Source: Auanema rhodensis (lineage: Eukaryota; Animalia; Nematoda). From it: a stretch of 64,000 bases of DNA. The stretch spans positions 19,530,001 to 19,594,000 of the forward strand of contig OZ059899.1 in assembly GCA_964057225.1 (NCBI GenBank), written 5' to 3'. The first letter of the stretch is position 1. Each line of letters starts with the position of its first letter. Shown here in pieces: positions 1 to 14,950 of the stretch. Made by a program: the position numbers and the translations under genes. The notes beneath the pieces were generated by a model, which worked only from the letters and a program-made list of their open reading frames with translations, was not told the origin of the DNA and searched no databases.

Positions 1-3000
1 GACGATGGACAATGTTATTCAACGAAAAAATTAATTCTGCAGGGTGAAAATCAAGGATATAAGTGTGAACTTATATCAGTTGATATCTCGGTGCATTTTT
101 AAGCTAGCGCAAATCTGATAACACAGATCGACGCAGCTTGAAAATCCGCATCAAATGCACTATACAACATTGAGAAACGCTTAATACAAAAATTAGTTAT
201 GATCGTTTGAAAAATGATGCATTAGTGTATGTTGAGTTTCCATGTACACTCAACATTGCTTCCAAAAACATTTTGACAAAAATTTTTCCGAAAAATTTCG
301 AAAAAATTTCGCAAAAAGTAAATGTTTTTAGATTCCTTTTTTCAAGGCAAAGACGATGGACAATGTTATTCAACGAAAAAATTAATTCTGCAGGGTGAAA
401 ATCGAGGATATAAGTGTGAACTTATATCAGTTGATATCTCGGTGCATTTTTAAGCTAGCGCAAATCTGATAACACAGATCGACGCAGCTTGAAAATCCGC
501 ATCAAATGCACTATACAACATTGAGAAACGCTTAATACAAAAATTAGTTATGATCGTTTGAAAAATGATGCATTAGTGTATGTTGAGTTTCCATGTACAC
601 TCAACATTGCTTCCAAAAACATTTTGACAAAAATTTTTCCGAAAAATTTTAAAATAATTTCGCAAAAAGTAGATGTTTTTAGATTCCTTTTTTCAAGGCA
701 AAGACGATGGACAATGTTATTCAACGAAAAAATTATTTCTGCAGGGTGAAAATCGAGGATATAAGTGTGAACTTATATCAGTTGAAATCTCGGTGCATTT
801 TTAAGCTAGCGCAAATCTGATAACACAGATCGACGCAGCTTAAAAATCCGCATCGAATGCACTATACAACATTGAGAAACGCTTAATAAAAAAATTAGTT
901 ATGATCGTTTGAAAAATGAAGCATTAGTGTATGTTGAGTTTCCATGTACACTCAACATAGCTTCCAAAAACATTTTGACAAAAATTTTTCCGAAAAATTT
1001 TAAAATAATTTCGCAAAAAGTAGATGTTTTTAGATTCCTTTTTTCAAGGCAAAGACGATGGACAATGTTATTCAACGAAAAAATTATTTCTGCAGGGTGA
1101 AAATCGAGGATATAAGTGTGAACTTATATCAGTTGAAATCTCGGTGCAATTTTAAGCTAGCGCAAATCTGATAATACAGATCGACGCAGCTTAAAAATCC
1201 GCATCGAATGCACTATACTGCATTGAGAAACGCTTAATACAAAAGTTAGTTATGATCGTTTGAAAAATGATGCATTAGTGTATGTTGAGTTTCCATGTAC
1301 ACTCAACATTGCTTCCAAAAACATTTTGACAAAAATTTTTCCGAAAAATTTCGAAAAAATTTTGCAAAAAGTAGATGTTTTTAGATTCTTTTTTTCAAGG
1401 CAAAGACGATGGACAATGTTATTCAACGAAAAAATTATTTCTGCAGGGTGAAAATCGAGGATATAAGTGTGAACTTATATCAGTTGATATCTCGGTGCAT
1501 TTTTAAGCTAGCGCAAATCTGATAACACAGATCGACGCAGCTTAAAAATCCGCATCGAATGCACTATACTGCATTGAGAAACGCTTAATACAAAAGTTAG
1601 TTATGATCGTTTGAAAAATGATGCATTAGTGTATGTTGAGTTTCCATGTACACTCAACATTGCTTCCAAAAACATTTTGACAAAAATTTTTCCGAAAAAT
1701 TTTAAAATAATTTCGCAAAAAGTAGATGTTTTTAGATTCCTTTTTTCAAGGCAAAGACGATGGACAATGTTATTCAACGAAAAATTTATTTCTGCAGGGT
1801 GAAAATCGAGGATATAAGTGTGAACTTATATCAGTTGAAATCTCGGTGCATTTTTAAGCTAGCGCAAATCTGATAACACAGATCGACGCAGCTTAAAAAT
1901 CCGCATCGAATGCACTATACAACATTGAGAAACGCTTAATAAAAAAATTAGTTATGATCGTTTGAAAAATGAAGCATTAGTGTATGTTGAGTTTCCATGT
2001 ACACTCAACATAGCTTCCAAAAACATTTTGACAAAAATTTTTCCGAAAAATTTCAAAATAAATTTGCAAAAAGTAGATGTTTTTAGATTCCTTTTTTCAA
2101 GGCAAAGACGATGGACAATGTTATTCAACGAAAAAATTAATTCTGCAGGGTGAAAATCGAGGATATAAGTGTGAACTTATATCAGTTGATATCTCGGTGC
2201 ATTTTTAAGCTAGCGCAAATCTGATAACACAGATCGACGCAGCTTAAAAATCCGCATCGAATGCACTATACTGCATTGAGAAACGCTTACTACAAAAGTT
2301 AGTTATGATCGTTTGAAAAATGATGCATTAGTGTATGTTGAGTTTCCATGTACACTCAACATTGCTTCCAAAAACATTTTGACAAAAATTTTTCCGAAAA
2401 ATTTCAAAATAAATTTGCAAAAAGTAGATGTTTTTAGATTCCTTTTTTCAAGGCAAAGACGATGGACAATGTTATTCAACGAAAAAATTATTTCTGCAGG
2501 GTGAAAATCGAGGATATAAGTGTGAACTTATATCAGTTGAAATCTCGGTGCATTTTTAAGCTAGCGCAAATCTGATAACACAGATCAACGCAGCTTAAAA
2601 ATCCGCATCGAATGCACTATACAACATTGAGAAACGCTTAATACAAAAATTAGTTATGATCGTTTGAAAAATGATGCATTAGTGTATGTTGAGTTTCCAT
2701 GTACACTCAACATTGCTTCCAAAAACATTTTGACAAAAATTTTTTCGAAAAATTTTAAAATAATTTCGCAAAAAGTAGATGTTTTTAGATTCCTTATTTC
2801 AAGGCAAAGACGATGGACAATGTTATTCAACGAAAAAATTAATTCTGCAGGGTGAAAATCAAGGATATAAGTGTGAACTTATATCAGTTGATATCTCGGT
2901 GCATTTTCAAGCTAGCGCAAATCTGATAACACAGATCGACGCAGCTTAAAAATCCGCATCGAATGCACTATACTACATTGAGAAACGCTTGATACAAAAA

Positions 3001-6000
3001 TTAGGTATGATCGTTTGAAAAATGATGCATTAGTGTATGTTGAGTTTCCATGTACACTCAACATTGCTTCCAAAAACATTTTGACAAAAATTTTTCCGAA
3101 AAATTTCGAAAAAATTTCGCAAAAAGTAGATGTTTTTAGATTTTTTTTTTCAAGGCAAAGACGATGGACAATGTTATTCAACGAAAAAATTATTTCTGCA
3201 GGGTGAAAATCGAGGATATAAGTGTGAACTTATATCAGTTGATATCTCGGTGCATTTTTAAGCTAGCGCAAATCTGATAACACAGATCGACGCAGCTTGA
3301 AAATCCGCATCAAATGCACTATACAACAGTGAGAAACGCTTAATACAAAAATTAGTTATGATCGTTTGAAAAATGATGCATTAGTGTATGTTGAGTTTCC
3401 ATGTACACTCAACATTGCTTCCAAAAACATTTTGACAAAAATTTTTCCGAAAAATTTCGAAAAAATTTCGCAAAAAGTAAATGTTTTTAGATTCCTTTTT
3501 TCAAGGCAAAGACGATGGACAATGTTATTCAACGAAAAAATTATTTCTGCAGGGTGAAAATCGAGGATATAAGTGTGAACTTATATCAGTTGATATCTCG
3601 GTGCATTTTTAAGCTAGCGCAAATCTGATAACACAGATCGACGCAGCTTAAAAATCCGCATCGAATGCACTATACTGCATTGAGAAACGCTTAATACAAA
3701 AGTTAGTTATGATCGTTTGAAAAATGATGCATTAGTGTATGTTGAGTTTCCATGTACACTCAACATTGCTTCCAAAAACATTTTGACAAAAATTTTTCCG
3801 AAAAATTTTAAAATAATTTCGCAAAAAGTAGATGTTTTTAGATTCCTTTTTTCAAGGCAAAGACGATGGACAATGTTATTCAACGAAAAAATTATTTCTG
3901 CAGGGTGAAAATCGAGGATATAAGTGTGAACTTATATCAGTTGATATCTCGGTGCATTTTTAAGCTAGCGCAAATCTGATAACACAGATCAACGCAGCTT
4001 AAAAATCCGCATCGAATGCACTATACAACATTGAGAAACGCTTAATACAAAAATTAGTTATGATCGTTTGAAAAATGATGCATTAGTGTATGTTGAGTTT
4101 CCATGTACACTCAACATTGCTTCCAAAAACATTTTGACAAAAATTTTTTCGAAAAATTTTAAAATAATTTCGCAAAAAGTAGATGTTTTTAGATTCCTTA
4201 TTTCAAGGCAAAGACGATGGACAATGTTATTCAACGAAAAAATTAATTCTGCAGGGTGAAAATCAAGGATATAAGTGTGAACTTATATCAGTTGATATCT
4301 CGGTGCATTTTTAAGCTAGCGCAAATCTGATAACACAGATCGACGCAGCTTGAAAATCCGCATCAAATGCACTATACAACATTGAGAAACGCTTAATACA
4401 AAAATTAGTTATGATCGTTTGAAAAATGATGCATTAGTGTATGTTGAGTTTCCATGTACACTCAACATTGCTTCCAAAAACATTTTGACAAAAATTTTTC
4501 CGAAAAATTTCGAAAAAATTTCGCAAAAAGTAAATGTTTTTAGATTCCTTTTTTCAAGGCAAAGACGATGGACAATGTTATTCAACGAAAAAATTAATTC
4601 TGCAGGGTGAAAATCGAGGATATAAGTGTGAACTTATATCAGTTGATATCTCGGTGCATTTTTAAGCTAGCGCAAATCTGATAACACAGATCGACGCAGC
4701 TTGAAAATCCGCATCAAATGCACTATACAACATTGAGAAACGCTTAATACAAAAATTAGTTATGATCGTTTGAAAAATGATGCATTAGTGTATGTTGAGT
4801 TTCCATGTACACTCAACATTGCTTCCAAAAACATTTTGACAAAAATTTTTCCGAAAAATTTTAAAATAATTTCGCAAAAAGTAGATGTTTTTAGATTCCT
4901 TTTTTCAAGGCAAAGACGATGGACAATGTTATTCAACGAAAAAATTATTTCTGCAGGGTGAAAATCGAGGATATAAGTGTGAACTTATATCAGTTGAAAT
5001 CTCGGTGCATTTTTAAGCTAGCGCAAATCTGATAACACAGATCGACGCAGCTTAAAAATCCGCATCGAATGCACTATACAACATTGAGAAACGCTTAATA
5101 AAAAAATTAGTTATGATCGTTTGAAAAATGAAGCATTAGTGTATGTTGAGTTTCCATGTACACTCAACATAGCTTCCAAAAACATTTTGACAAAAATTTT
5201 TCCGAAAAATTTCAAAATAAATTTGCAAAAAGTAGATGTTTTTAGATTCCTTTTTTCAAGGCAAAGACGATGGACAATGTTATTCAACGAAAAAATTATT
5301 TCTGCAGGGTGAAAATCGAGGATATAAGTGTGAACTTATATCAGTTGAAATCTCGGTGCAATTTTAAGCTAGCGCAAATCTGATAATACAGATCGACGCA
5401 GCTTAAAAATCCGCATCGAATGCACTATACTGCATTGAGAAACGCTTAATACAAAAGTTAGTTATGATCGTTTGAAAAATGATGCATTAGTGTATGTTGA
5501 GTTTCCATGTACACTCAACATTGCTTCCAAAAACATTTTGACAAAAATTTTTCCGAAAAATTTCGAAAAAATTTTGCAAAAAGTAGATGTTTTTAGATTC
5601 TTTTTTTCAAGGCAAAGACGATGGACAATGTTATTCAACGAAAAAATTATTTCTGCAGGGTGAAAATCGAGGATATAAGTGTGAACTTATATCAGTTGAT
5701 ATCTCGGTGCATTTTTAAGCTAGCGCAAATCTGATAACACAGATCGACGCAGCTTAAAAATCCGCATCGAATGCACTATACTGCATTGAGAAACGCTTAA
5801 TACAAAAGTTAGTTATGATCGTTTGAAAAATGATGCATTAGTGTATGTTGAGTTTCCATGTACACTCAACATTGCTTCCAAAAACATTTTGACAAAAATT
5901 TTTCCGAAAAATTTTAAAATAATTTCGCAAAAAGTAGATGTTTTTAGATTCCTTTTTTCAAGGCAAAGACGATGGACAATGTTATTCAACGAAAAATTTA

Positions 6001-6700
6001 TTTCTGCAGGGTGAAAATCGAGGATATAAGTGTGAACTTATATCAGTTGAAATCTCGGTGCATTTTTAAGCTAGCGCAAATCTGATAACACAGATCGACG
6101 CAGCTTAAAAATCCGCATCGAATGCACTATACAACATTGAGAAACGCTTAATAAAAAAATTAGTTATGATCGTTTGAAAAATGAAGCATTAGTGTATGTT
6201 GAGTTTCCATGTACACTCAACATAGCTTCCAAAAACATTTTGACAAAAATTTTTCCGAAAAATTTCAAAATAAATTTGCAAAAAGTAGATGTTTTTAGAT
6301 TCCTTTTTTCAAGGCAAAGACGATGGACAATGTTATTCAACGAAAAAATTAATTCTGCAGGGTGAAAATCGAGGATATAAGTGTGAACTTATATCAGTTG
6401 ATATCTCGGTGCATTTTTAAGCTAGCGCAAATCTGATAACACAGATCGACGCAGCTTAAAAATCCGCATCGAATGCACTATACTGCATTGAGAAACGCTT
6501 ACTACAAAAGTTAGTTATGATCGTTTGAAAAATGATGCATTAGTGTATGTTGAGTTTCCATGTACACTCAACATTGCTTCCAAAAACATTTTGACAAAAA
6601 TTTTTCCGAAAAATTTCAAAATAAATTTGCAAAAAGTAGATGTTTTTAGATTCCTTTTTTCAAGGCAAAGACGATGGACAATGTTATTCAACGAAAAAAT
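1..6700. repeat. Higher-order duplication in array A with a 12-monomer offset (4212 bp); boundaries approximate
   Basis: The order of rare variants in monomers at 207, 558, 909, 1260, 1611, 1962 and 2313 (GTAAATG, GAAGCATT, GCAATTTT, ATTCTTTT, AAATTTATT) recurs at 4419, 4770, 5121, 5472, 5823, 6174 and 6525. Confidence 0.85.
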
Positions 6701-9700
6701 TAATTCTGCAGGGTGAAAATCGAGGTTATAAGTGTGAACTTATATCAGTTGATATCTCGGTGCATTTTTAAGCTAGCGCAAATCTGATAACACAGATCGA
6801 CGCAGCTTAAAAATCCGCATCGAATGCACTATACTGCATTGAGAAACGCTTAATACAAAAGTTAGTTATGATCGTTTGAAAAATGATGCATTAGTGTATG
6901 TTGAGTTTCCATGTACACTCAACATTGCTTCCAAAAACATTTTGACAAAAATTTTTCCGAAAAATTTCGAGAAAATTTCGCAAAAAGTAGATGTTTTTAG
7001 ATTCCTTTTTTCAAGGCAAAGACGATGGACAATGTTATTCAACGAAAAAATTATTTCTGCAGGGTGAAAATCGAGGATATAAGTGTGAACTTATATCAGT
7101 TGATATCTCGGTGCATTTTTAAGCTAGCGCAAATCTGATAACACAGATCGACGCAGCTTAAAAATCCGCATCGAATGCACTATACAACATTGAGAAACGC
7201 TTAATACAAAAATTAGTTATGATCGTTTGAAAAATGATGCATTAGTGTATGTTGAGTTTCCATGTACACTCAACATAGCTTCCAAAAACATTTTGACAAA
7301 AATTTTTCCGAAAAATTTCAAAATAAATTTGCAAAAAGTAGATGTTTTTAGATTCCTTTTTTCAAGGCAAAGACGATGGACAATGTTATTCAACGAAAAA
7401 ATTAATTCTGCAGGGTGAAAATCGAGGATATAAGTGTGAACTTATATCAGTTGATATCTCGGTGCATTTTTAAGCTAGCGCAAATCTGATAACACAGATC
7501 GACGCAGCTTAAAAATCCGCATCGAATGCACTATACTGCATTGAGAAACGCTTAATACAAAAATTAGTTATGATCGTTTGAAAAATGATGCATTAGTGTA
7601 TGTTGAGTTTCCATGTACACTCAACATTGCTTCCAAAAACATTTTGACAAAAATTTTTCCGAAAAATTTCGAAAAAATTTCGCAAAAAGTAGATGTTTTT
7701 AGATTCTTTTTTTCAAGGCAAAGACGATGGACAATGTTATTCAACGAAAAAATTAATTCTGCAGGGTGAAAATCGAGGATATAAGTGTGAACTTATATCA
7801 GTTGATATCTCGGTGCATTTTTAAGCTAGCGCAAATCTGATAACACAGATCGACGCAGCTTGAAAATCCGCATCAAATGCACTATACAACATTGAGAAAC
7901 GCTTAATACAAAAATTAGTTATGATCGTTTGAAAAATGATGCATTAGTGTATGTTGAGTTTCCATGTACACTCAACATTGCTTCCAAAAACATTTTGACA
8001 AAAATTTTTCCGAAAAATTTCGAGAAAATTTCGCAAAAAGTAGATGTTTTTAGATTCCTTTTTTCAAGGCAAAGACGATGGACAATGTTATTCAACGAAA
8101 AAATTATTTCTGCAGGGTGAAAATCGAGGATATAAGTGTGAACTTATATCAGTTGATATCTCGGTGCATTTTTAAGCTAGCGCAAATCTGATAACACAGA
8201 TCGACGCAGCTTAAAAATCCGCATCGAATGCACTATACTGCATTGAGAAACGCTTAATACAAAAGTTAGTTATGATCGTTTGAAAAATGATGCATTAGTG
8301 TATGTTGAGTTTCCATGTACACTCAACATTGCTTCCAAAAACATTTTGACAAAAATTTTTCCGAAAAATTTTAAAATAATTTCGCAAAAAGTAGATGTTT
8401 TTAGATTCCTTTTTTCAAGGCAAAGACGATGGACAATGTTATTCAACGAAAAATTTATTTCTGCAGGGTGAAAATCGAGGATATAAGTGTGAACTTATAT
8501 CAGTTGAAATCTCGGTGCATTTTTAAGCTAGCGCAAATCTGATAACACAGATCGACGCAGCTTAAAAATCCGCATCGAATGCACTATACAACATTGAGAA
8601 ACGCTTAATAAAAAAATTAGTTATGATCGTTTGAAAAATGAAGCATTAGTGTATGTTGAGTTTCCATGTACACTCAACATAGCTTCCAAAAACATTTTGA
8701 CAAAAATTTTTCCGAAAAATTTCAAAATAAATTTGCAAAAAGTAGATGTTTTTAGATTCCTTTTTTCAAGGCAAAGACGATGGACAATGTTATTCAACGA
8801 AAAAATTAATTCTGCAGGGTGAAAATCGAGGATATAAGTGTGAACTTATATCAGTTGATATCTCGGTGCATTTTTAAGCTAGCGCAAATCTGTTAACACA
8901 GATCGACTCAGCTTAAAAATCCGCATCGAATGCACTATACTGCATTGAGAAACGCTTACTACAAAAGTTAGTTATGATCGTTTGAAAAATGATGCATTAG
9001 TGTATGTTGAGTTTCCATGTACACTCAACATTGCTTCCAAAAACATTTTGACAAAAATTTTTCCGAAAAATTTCAAAATAAATTTGCAAAAAGTAGATGT
9101 TTTTAGATTCCTTTTTTCAAGGCAAAGACGATGGACAATGTTATTCAACGAAAAAATTAATTCTGCAGGGTGAAAATCGAGGTTATAAGTGTGAACTTAT
9201 ATCAGTTGATATCTCGGTGCATTTTTAAGCTAGCGCAAATCTGATAACACAGATCGACGCAGCTTAAAAATCCGCATCGAATGCACTATACTGCATTGAG
9301 AAACGCTTAATACAAAAGTTAGTTATGATCGTTTGAAAAATGATGCATTAGTGTATGTTGAGTTTCCATGTACACTCAACATTGCTTCCAAAAACATTTT
9401 GACAAAAATTTTTCCGAAAAATTTCGAGAAAATTTCGCAAAAAGTAGATGTTTTTAGATTCCTTTTTTCAAGGCAAAGACGATGGACAATGTTATTCAAC
9501 GAAAAAATTATTTCTGCAGGGTGAAAATCGAGGATATAAGTGTGAACTTATATCAGTTGATATCTCGGTGCATTTTTAAGCTAGCGCAAATCTGATAACA
9601 CAGATCGACGCAGCTTAAAAATCCGCATCGAATGCACTATACAACATTGAGAAACGCTTAATACAAAAATTAGTTATGATCGTTTGAAAAATGATGCATT

Positions 9701-10000
9701 AGTGTATGTTGAGTTTCCATGTACACTCAACATAGCTTCCAAAAACATTTTGACAAAAATTTTTCCGAAAAATTTCAAAATAAATTTGCAAAAAGTAGAT
9801 GTTTTTAGATTCCTTTTTTCAAGGCAAAGACGATGGACAATGTTATTCAACGAAAAAATTAATTCTGCAGGGTGAAAATCGAGGATATAAGTGTGAACTT
9901 ATATCAGTTGATATCTCGGTGCATTTTTAAGCTAGCGCAAATCTGATAACACAGATCGACGCAGCTTAAAAATCCGCATCGAATGCACTATACTGCATTG
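5700..10000. repeat. Higher-order duplication in array A with a 7-monomer offset (2457 bp); boundaries approximate
   Basis: Monomers at 5823, 6174, 6525, 6876 and 7227 match those at 8280, 8631, 8982, 9333 and 9684 (AAATTTATT, GAAGCATT, CTTACTAC, GAGGTTAT and TCGAGAAA variants in the same order). Confidence 0.85.
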
Positions 10001-12099
10001 AGAAACGCTTAATACAAAAGTTAGTTATGATCGTTTGAAAAATGATGCATTAGTGTATGTTGAGTTTCCATGTACACTCAACATTGCTTCCAAAAACATT
10101 TTGACAAAAATTTTTCCGAAAAATTTCGAGAAAATTTCGCAAAAAGTAGATGTTTTTAGATTCCTTTTTTCAAGGCAAAGACGATGGACAATGTTATTCA
10201 ACGAAAAAATTATTTCTGCAGGGTGAAAATCGAGGATATAAGTGTGAACTTATATCAGTTGATATCTCGGTGCATTTTTAAGCTAGCGCAAATCTGATAA
10301 CACAGATCGACGCAGCTTAAAAATCCGCATCGAATGCACTATACAACATTGAGAAACGCTTAATACAAAAATTAGTTATGATCGTTTGAAAAATGATGCA
10401 TTAGTGTATGTTGAGTTTCCATGTACACTCAACATAGCTTCCAAAAACATTTTGACAAAAATTTTTCCGAAAAATTTCAAAATAAATTTGCAAAAAGTAG
10501 ATGTTTTTAGATTCCTTTTTTCAAGGCAAAGACGATGGACAATGTTATTCAACGAAAAAATTAATTCTGCAGGGTGAAAATCGAGGATATAAGTGTGAAC
10601 TTATATCAGTTGATATCTCGGTGCATTTTTAAGCTAGCGCAAATCTGATAACACAGATCGACGCAGCTTAAAAATCCGCATCGAATGCACTATACTGCAT
10701 TGAGAAACGCTTAATACAAAAGTTAGTTATGATCGTTTGAAAAATGATGCATTAGTGTATGTTGAGTTTCCATGTACACTCAACATTGCTTCCAAAAACA
10801 TTTTGACAAAAATTTTTCCGAAAAATTTCGAGAAAATTTCGCAAAAAGTAGATGTTTTTAGATTCCTTTTTTCAAGGCAAAGACGATGGACAATGTTATT
10901 CAACGAAAAAATTAATTCTGCAGGGTGAAAATCGAGGTTATAAGTGTGAACTTATATCAGTTGATATCTCGGTGCATTTTTAAGCTAGCGCAAATCTGAT
11001 AACACAGATCGACGCAGCTTAAAAATCCGCATCGAATGCACTATACTGCATTGAGAAACGCTTAATACAAAAGTTAGTTATGATCGTTTGAAAAATGATG
11101 CATTAGTGTATGTTGAGTTTCCATGTACACTCAACATTGCTTCCAAAAACATTTTGACAAAAATTTTTCCGAAAAATTTCGAGAAAATTTCGCAAAAAGT
11201 AGATGTTTTTAGATTCCTTTTTTCAAGGCAAAGACGATGGACAATGTTATTCAACGAAAAAATTATTTCTGCAGGGTGAAAATCGAGGATATAAGTGTGA
11301 ACTTATATCAGTTGATATCTCGGTGCATTTTTAAGCTAGCGCAAATCTGATAACACAGATCGACGCAGCTTAAAAATCCGCATCGAATGCACTATACTGC
11401 ATTGAGAAACGCTTACTACAAAAGTTAGTTATGATCGTTTGAAAAATGATGCATTAGTGTATGTTGAGTTTCCATGTACACTCAACATTGCTTCCAAAAA
11501 CATTTTGACAAAAATTTTTCCGAAAAATTTTAAAATAATTTCGCAAAAAGTAGATGTTTTTAGATTCCTTTTTTCAAGGCAAAGACGATGGACAATGTTA
11601 TTCAACGAAAAAATTATTTCTGCAGGGTGAAAATCGAGGATATAAGTGTGAACTTATATCAGTTGATATCTCGGTGCATTTTTAAGCTAGCGCAAATCTG
11701 ATAACACAGATCGACGCAGCTTGAAAATCCGCATCAAATGCACTATACAACATTGAGAAACGCTTAATACAAAAATTAGTTATGATCGTTTGAAAAATGA
11801 TGCATTAGTGTATGTTGAGTTTCCATGTACACTCAACATTGCTTCCAAAAACATTTTGACAAAAATTTTTCCGAAAAATTTCGAGAAAATTTCGCAAAAA
11901 GTAGATGTTTTTAGATTCCTTTTTTTAAGGCAAAGACGATGGACAATGTTATTCAACGAAAAAATTAATTCTGCAGGGTGAAAATCGAGGTTATAAGTGT
12001 GAACTTATATCAGTTGATATCTCGGTGCATTTTTAAGCTAGCGCAAATCTGATAACACAGATCGACGCAGCTTAAAAATCCGCATCGAATGCACTATAC

Positions 12100-14950
12100 A
12101 ACATTGAGAAACGCTTAATACAAAAATTAGTTATGATCGTTTGAAAAATGATGCATTAGTGTATGTTGAGTTTCCATGTACACTCAACATTGCTTCCAAA
12201 AACATTTTGACAAAAATTTTTTCGAAAAATTTTAAAATAATTTCGCAAAAAGTAGATGTTTTTAGATTCCTTATTTCAAGGCAAAGACGATGGACAATGT
12301 TATTCAACGAAAAAATTAATTCTGCAGGGTGAAAATCGAGGATATAAGTGTGAACTTATATCAGTTGATATCTCGGTGCATTTTTAAGCTAGCGCAAATC
12401 TGATAATACAGATCGACGCAGCTTAAAAATCCGCATCGAATGCACTATACAACATTGAGAAACGCTTAATACAAAAATTAGGTATGATCGTTTGAAAAAT
12501 GATGCATTAGTGTATGTTGAGTTTCCATGTACACTCAACATTGCTTCCAAAAACATTTTGACAAAAATTTTTCCGAAAAATTTTAAAATAATTTCGCAAA
12601 AAGTAGATGTTTTTAGATTCCTTTTTTCAAGGCAAAGACGATGGACAATGTTATTCAACGAAAAAATTATTTCTGCAGGGTGAAAATCGAGGATATAAGT
12701 GTGAACTTATATCAGTTGATATCTCGGTGCGTTTTTAAGCTAGCGCAAATCTGATAACACAGATCGACGCAGCTTGAAAATCCGCATCAAATGCACTATA
12801 CAACATTGAGAAACGCTTAATACAAAAATTAGTTATGATCGTTTGAAAAATGATGCATTAGTGTATGTTGAGTTTCCATGTACACTCAACATTGCTTCCA
12901 AAAACATTTTGACAAAAATTTTTCCGAAAAATTTCGAGAAAATTTCGCAAAAAGTAGATGTTTTTAGATTCCTTTTTTCAAGGCAAAGACGATGGACAAT
13001 GTGTATTCAACGAAAAAATTATTTCTGCAGGGTGAAAATCGAGGATATAAGTGTGAACTTATATCAGTTGATATCTCGGTGCATTTTTAAGCTAGCGCAA
13101 ATCTGATAATACAGATCGACGCAGCTTAAAAATCCGCATCGAATGCACTATACAACATTGAGAAACGCTTAATACAAAAATTAGTTATGATCGTTTGAAA
13201 AATGATGCATTAGTGTATGTTGAGTTTCCATGTACACTCAACATTGCTTCCAAAAACATTTTGACAAAAATTTTTTCGAAAAATTTTAAAATAATTTCGC
13301 AAAAAGTAGATGTTTTTAGATTCCTTATTTCAAGGCAAAGACGATGGACAATGTTATTCAACGAAAAAATTAATTCTGCAGGGTGAAAATCGAGGATATA
13401 AGTGTGAACTTATATCAGTTGATATCTCGGTGCATTTTTAAGCTAGCGCAAATCTGATAATACAGATCGACGCAGCTTAAAAATCCGCATCGAATGCACT
13501 ATACAACATTGAGAAACGCTTAATACAAAAATTAGTTATGATCGTTTGAAAAATGATGCATTAGTGTATGTTGAGTTTCCATGTACACTCAACATTGCTT
13601 CCAAAAACATTTTGACAAAAATTTTTTCGAAAAATTTTAAAATAATTTCGCAAAAAGTAGATGTTTTTAGATTCCTTATTTCAAGGCAAAGACGATGGAC
13701 AATGTTATTCAACGAAAAAATTAATTCTGCAGGGTGAAAATCGAGGATATAAGTGTGAACTTATATCAGTTGATATCTCGGTGCATTTTTAAGCTAGCGC
13801 AAATCTGATAATACAGATCGACGCAGCTTAAAAATCCGCATCGAATGCACTATACAACATTGAGAAACGCTTAATACAAAAATTAGTTATGATCGTTTGA
13901 AAAATGATGCATTAGTGTATGTTGAGTTTCCATGTACACTCAACATTGCTTCCAAAAACATTTTGACAAAAATTTTTCCGAAAAATTTTAAAATAATTTC
14001 GCAAAAAGTAGATGTTTTTAGATTCCTTTTTTCAAGGCAAAGACGATGGACAATGTTATTCAACGAAAAAATTATTTCTGCAGGGTGAAAATCGAGGATA
14101 TAAGTGTGAACTTATATCAGTTGATATCTCGGTGCGTTTTTAAGCTAGCGCAAATCTGATAACACAGATCGACGCAGCTTGAAAATCCGCATCAAATGCA
14201 CTATACAACATTGAGAAACGCTTAATACAAAAATTAGTTATGATCGTTTGAAAAATGATGCATTAGTGTATGTTGAGTTTCCATGTACACTCAACATTGC
14301 TTCCAAAAACATTTTGACAAAAATTTTTCCGAAAAATTTCGAGAAAATTTCGCAAAAAGTAGATGTTTTTAGATTCCTTTTTTCAAGGCAAAGACGATGG
14401 ACAATGTGTATTCAACGAAAAAATTATTTCTGCAGGGTGAAAATCGAGGATATAAGTGTGAACTTATATCAGTTGATATCTCGGTGCATTTTTAAGCTAG
14501 CGCAAATCTGATAATACAGATCGACGCAGCTTAAAAATCCGCATCGAATGCACTATACAACATTGAGAAACGCTTAATACAAAAATTAGTTATGATCGTT
14601 TGAAAAATGATGCATTAGTGTATGTTGAGTTTCCATGTACACTCAACATTGCTTCCAAAAACATTTTGACAAAAATTTTTTCGAAAAATTTTAAAATAAT
14701 TTCGCAAAAAGTAGATGTTTTTAGATTCCTTATTTCAAGGCAAAGACGATGGACAATGTTATTCAACGAAAAAATTAATTCTGCAGGGTGAAAATCGAGG
14801 ATATAAGTGTGAACTTATATCAGTTGATATCTCGGTGCATTTTTAAGCTAGCGCAAATCTGATAATACAGATCGACGCAGCTTAAAAATCCGCATCGAAT
14901 GCACTATACAACATTGAGAAACGCTTAATACAAAAATTAGGTATGATCGT
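12100..14950. repeat. 4-monomer higher-order duplication (1405 bp) marked by a 1-bp insertion
   Basis: CAATGTGTATT (+1 bp) near 13002 and 14407, and GGTGCGTTTT near 12731 and 14136, are both spaced 1405 bp = 4x351+1. Confidence 0.88.

Noticed and set aside
286-320. CENP-B box-like words (TTCG..., CCGAAAAATTTCGAA)
   Set aside because: They do not satisfy the TTCGNNNNANNCGGG core on either strand.
208-417. 351-bp monomer as an ancient internal dimer (TGAAAAATGATGCATTAGTGT at 208 versus TGAAAATCGAGGATATAAGTGT at 396)
   Set aside because: The similarity is short and gapped, the offset is 188 bp rather than about 175 bp, and I could not extend it. A self dot-plot would be needed.
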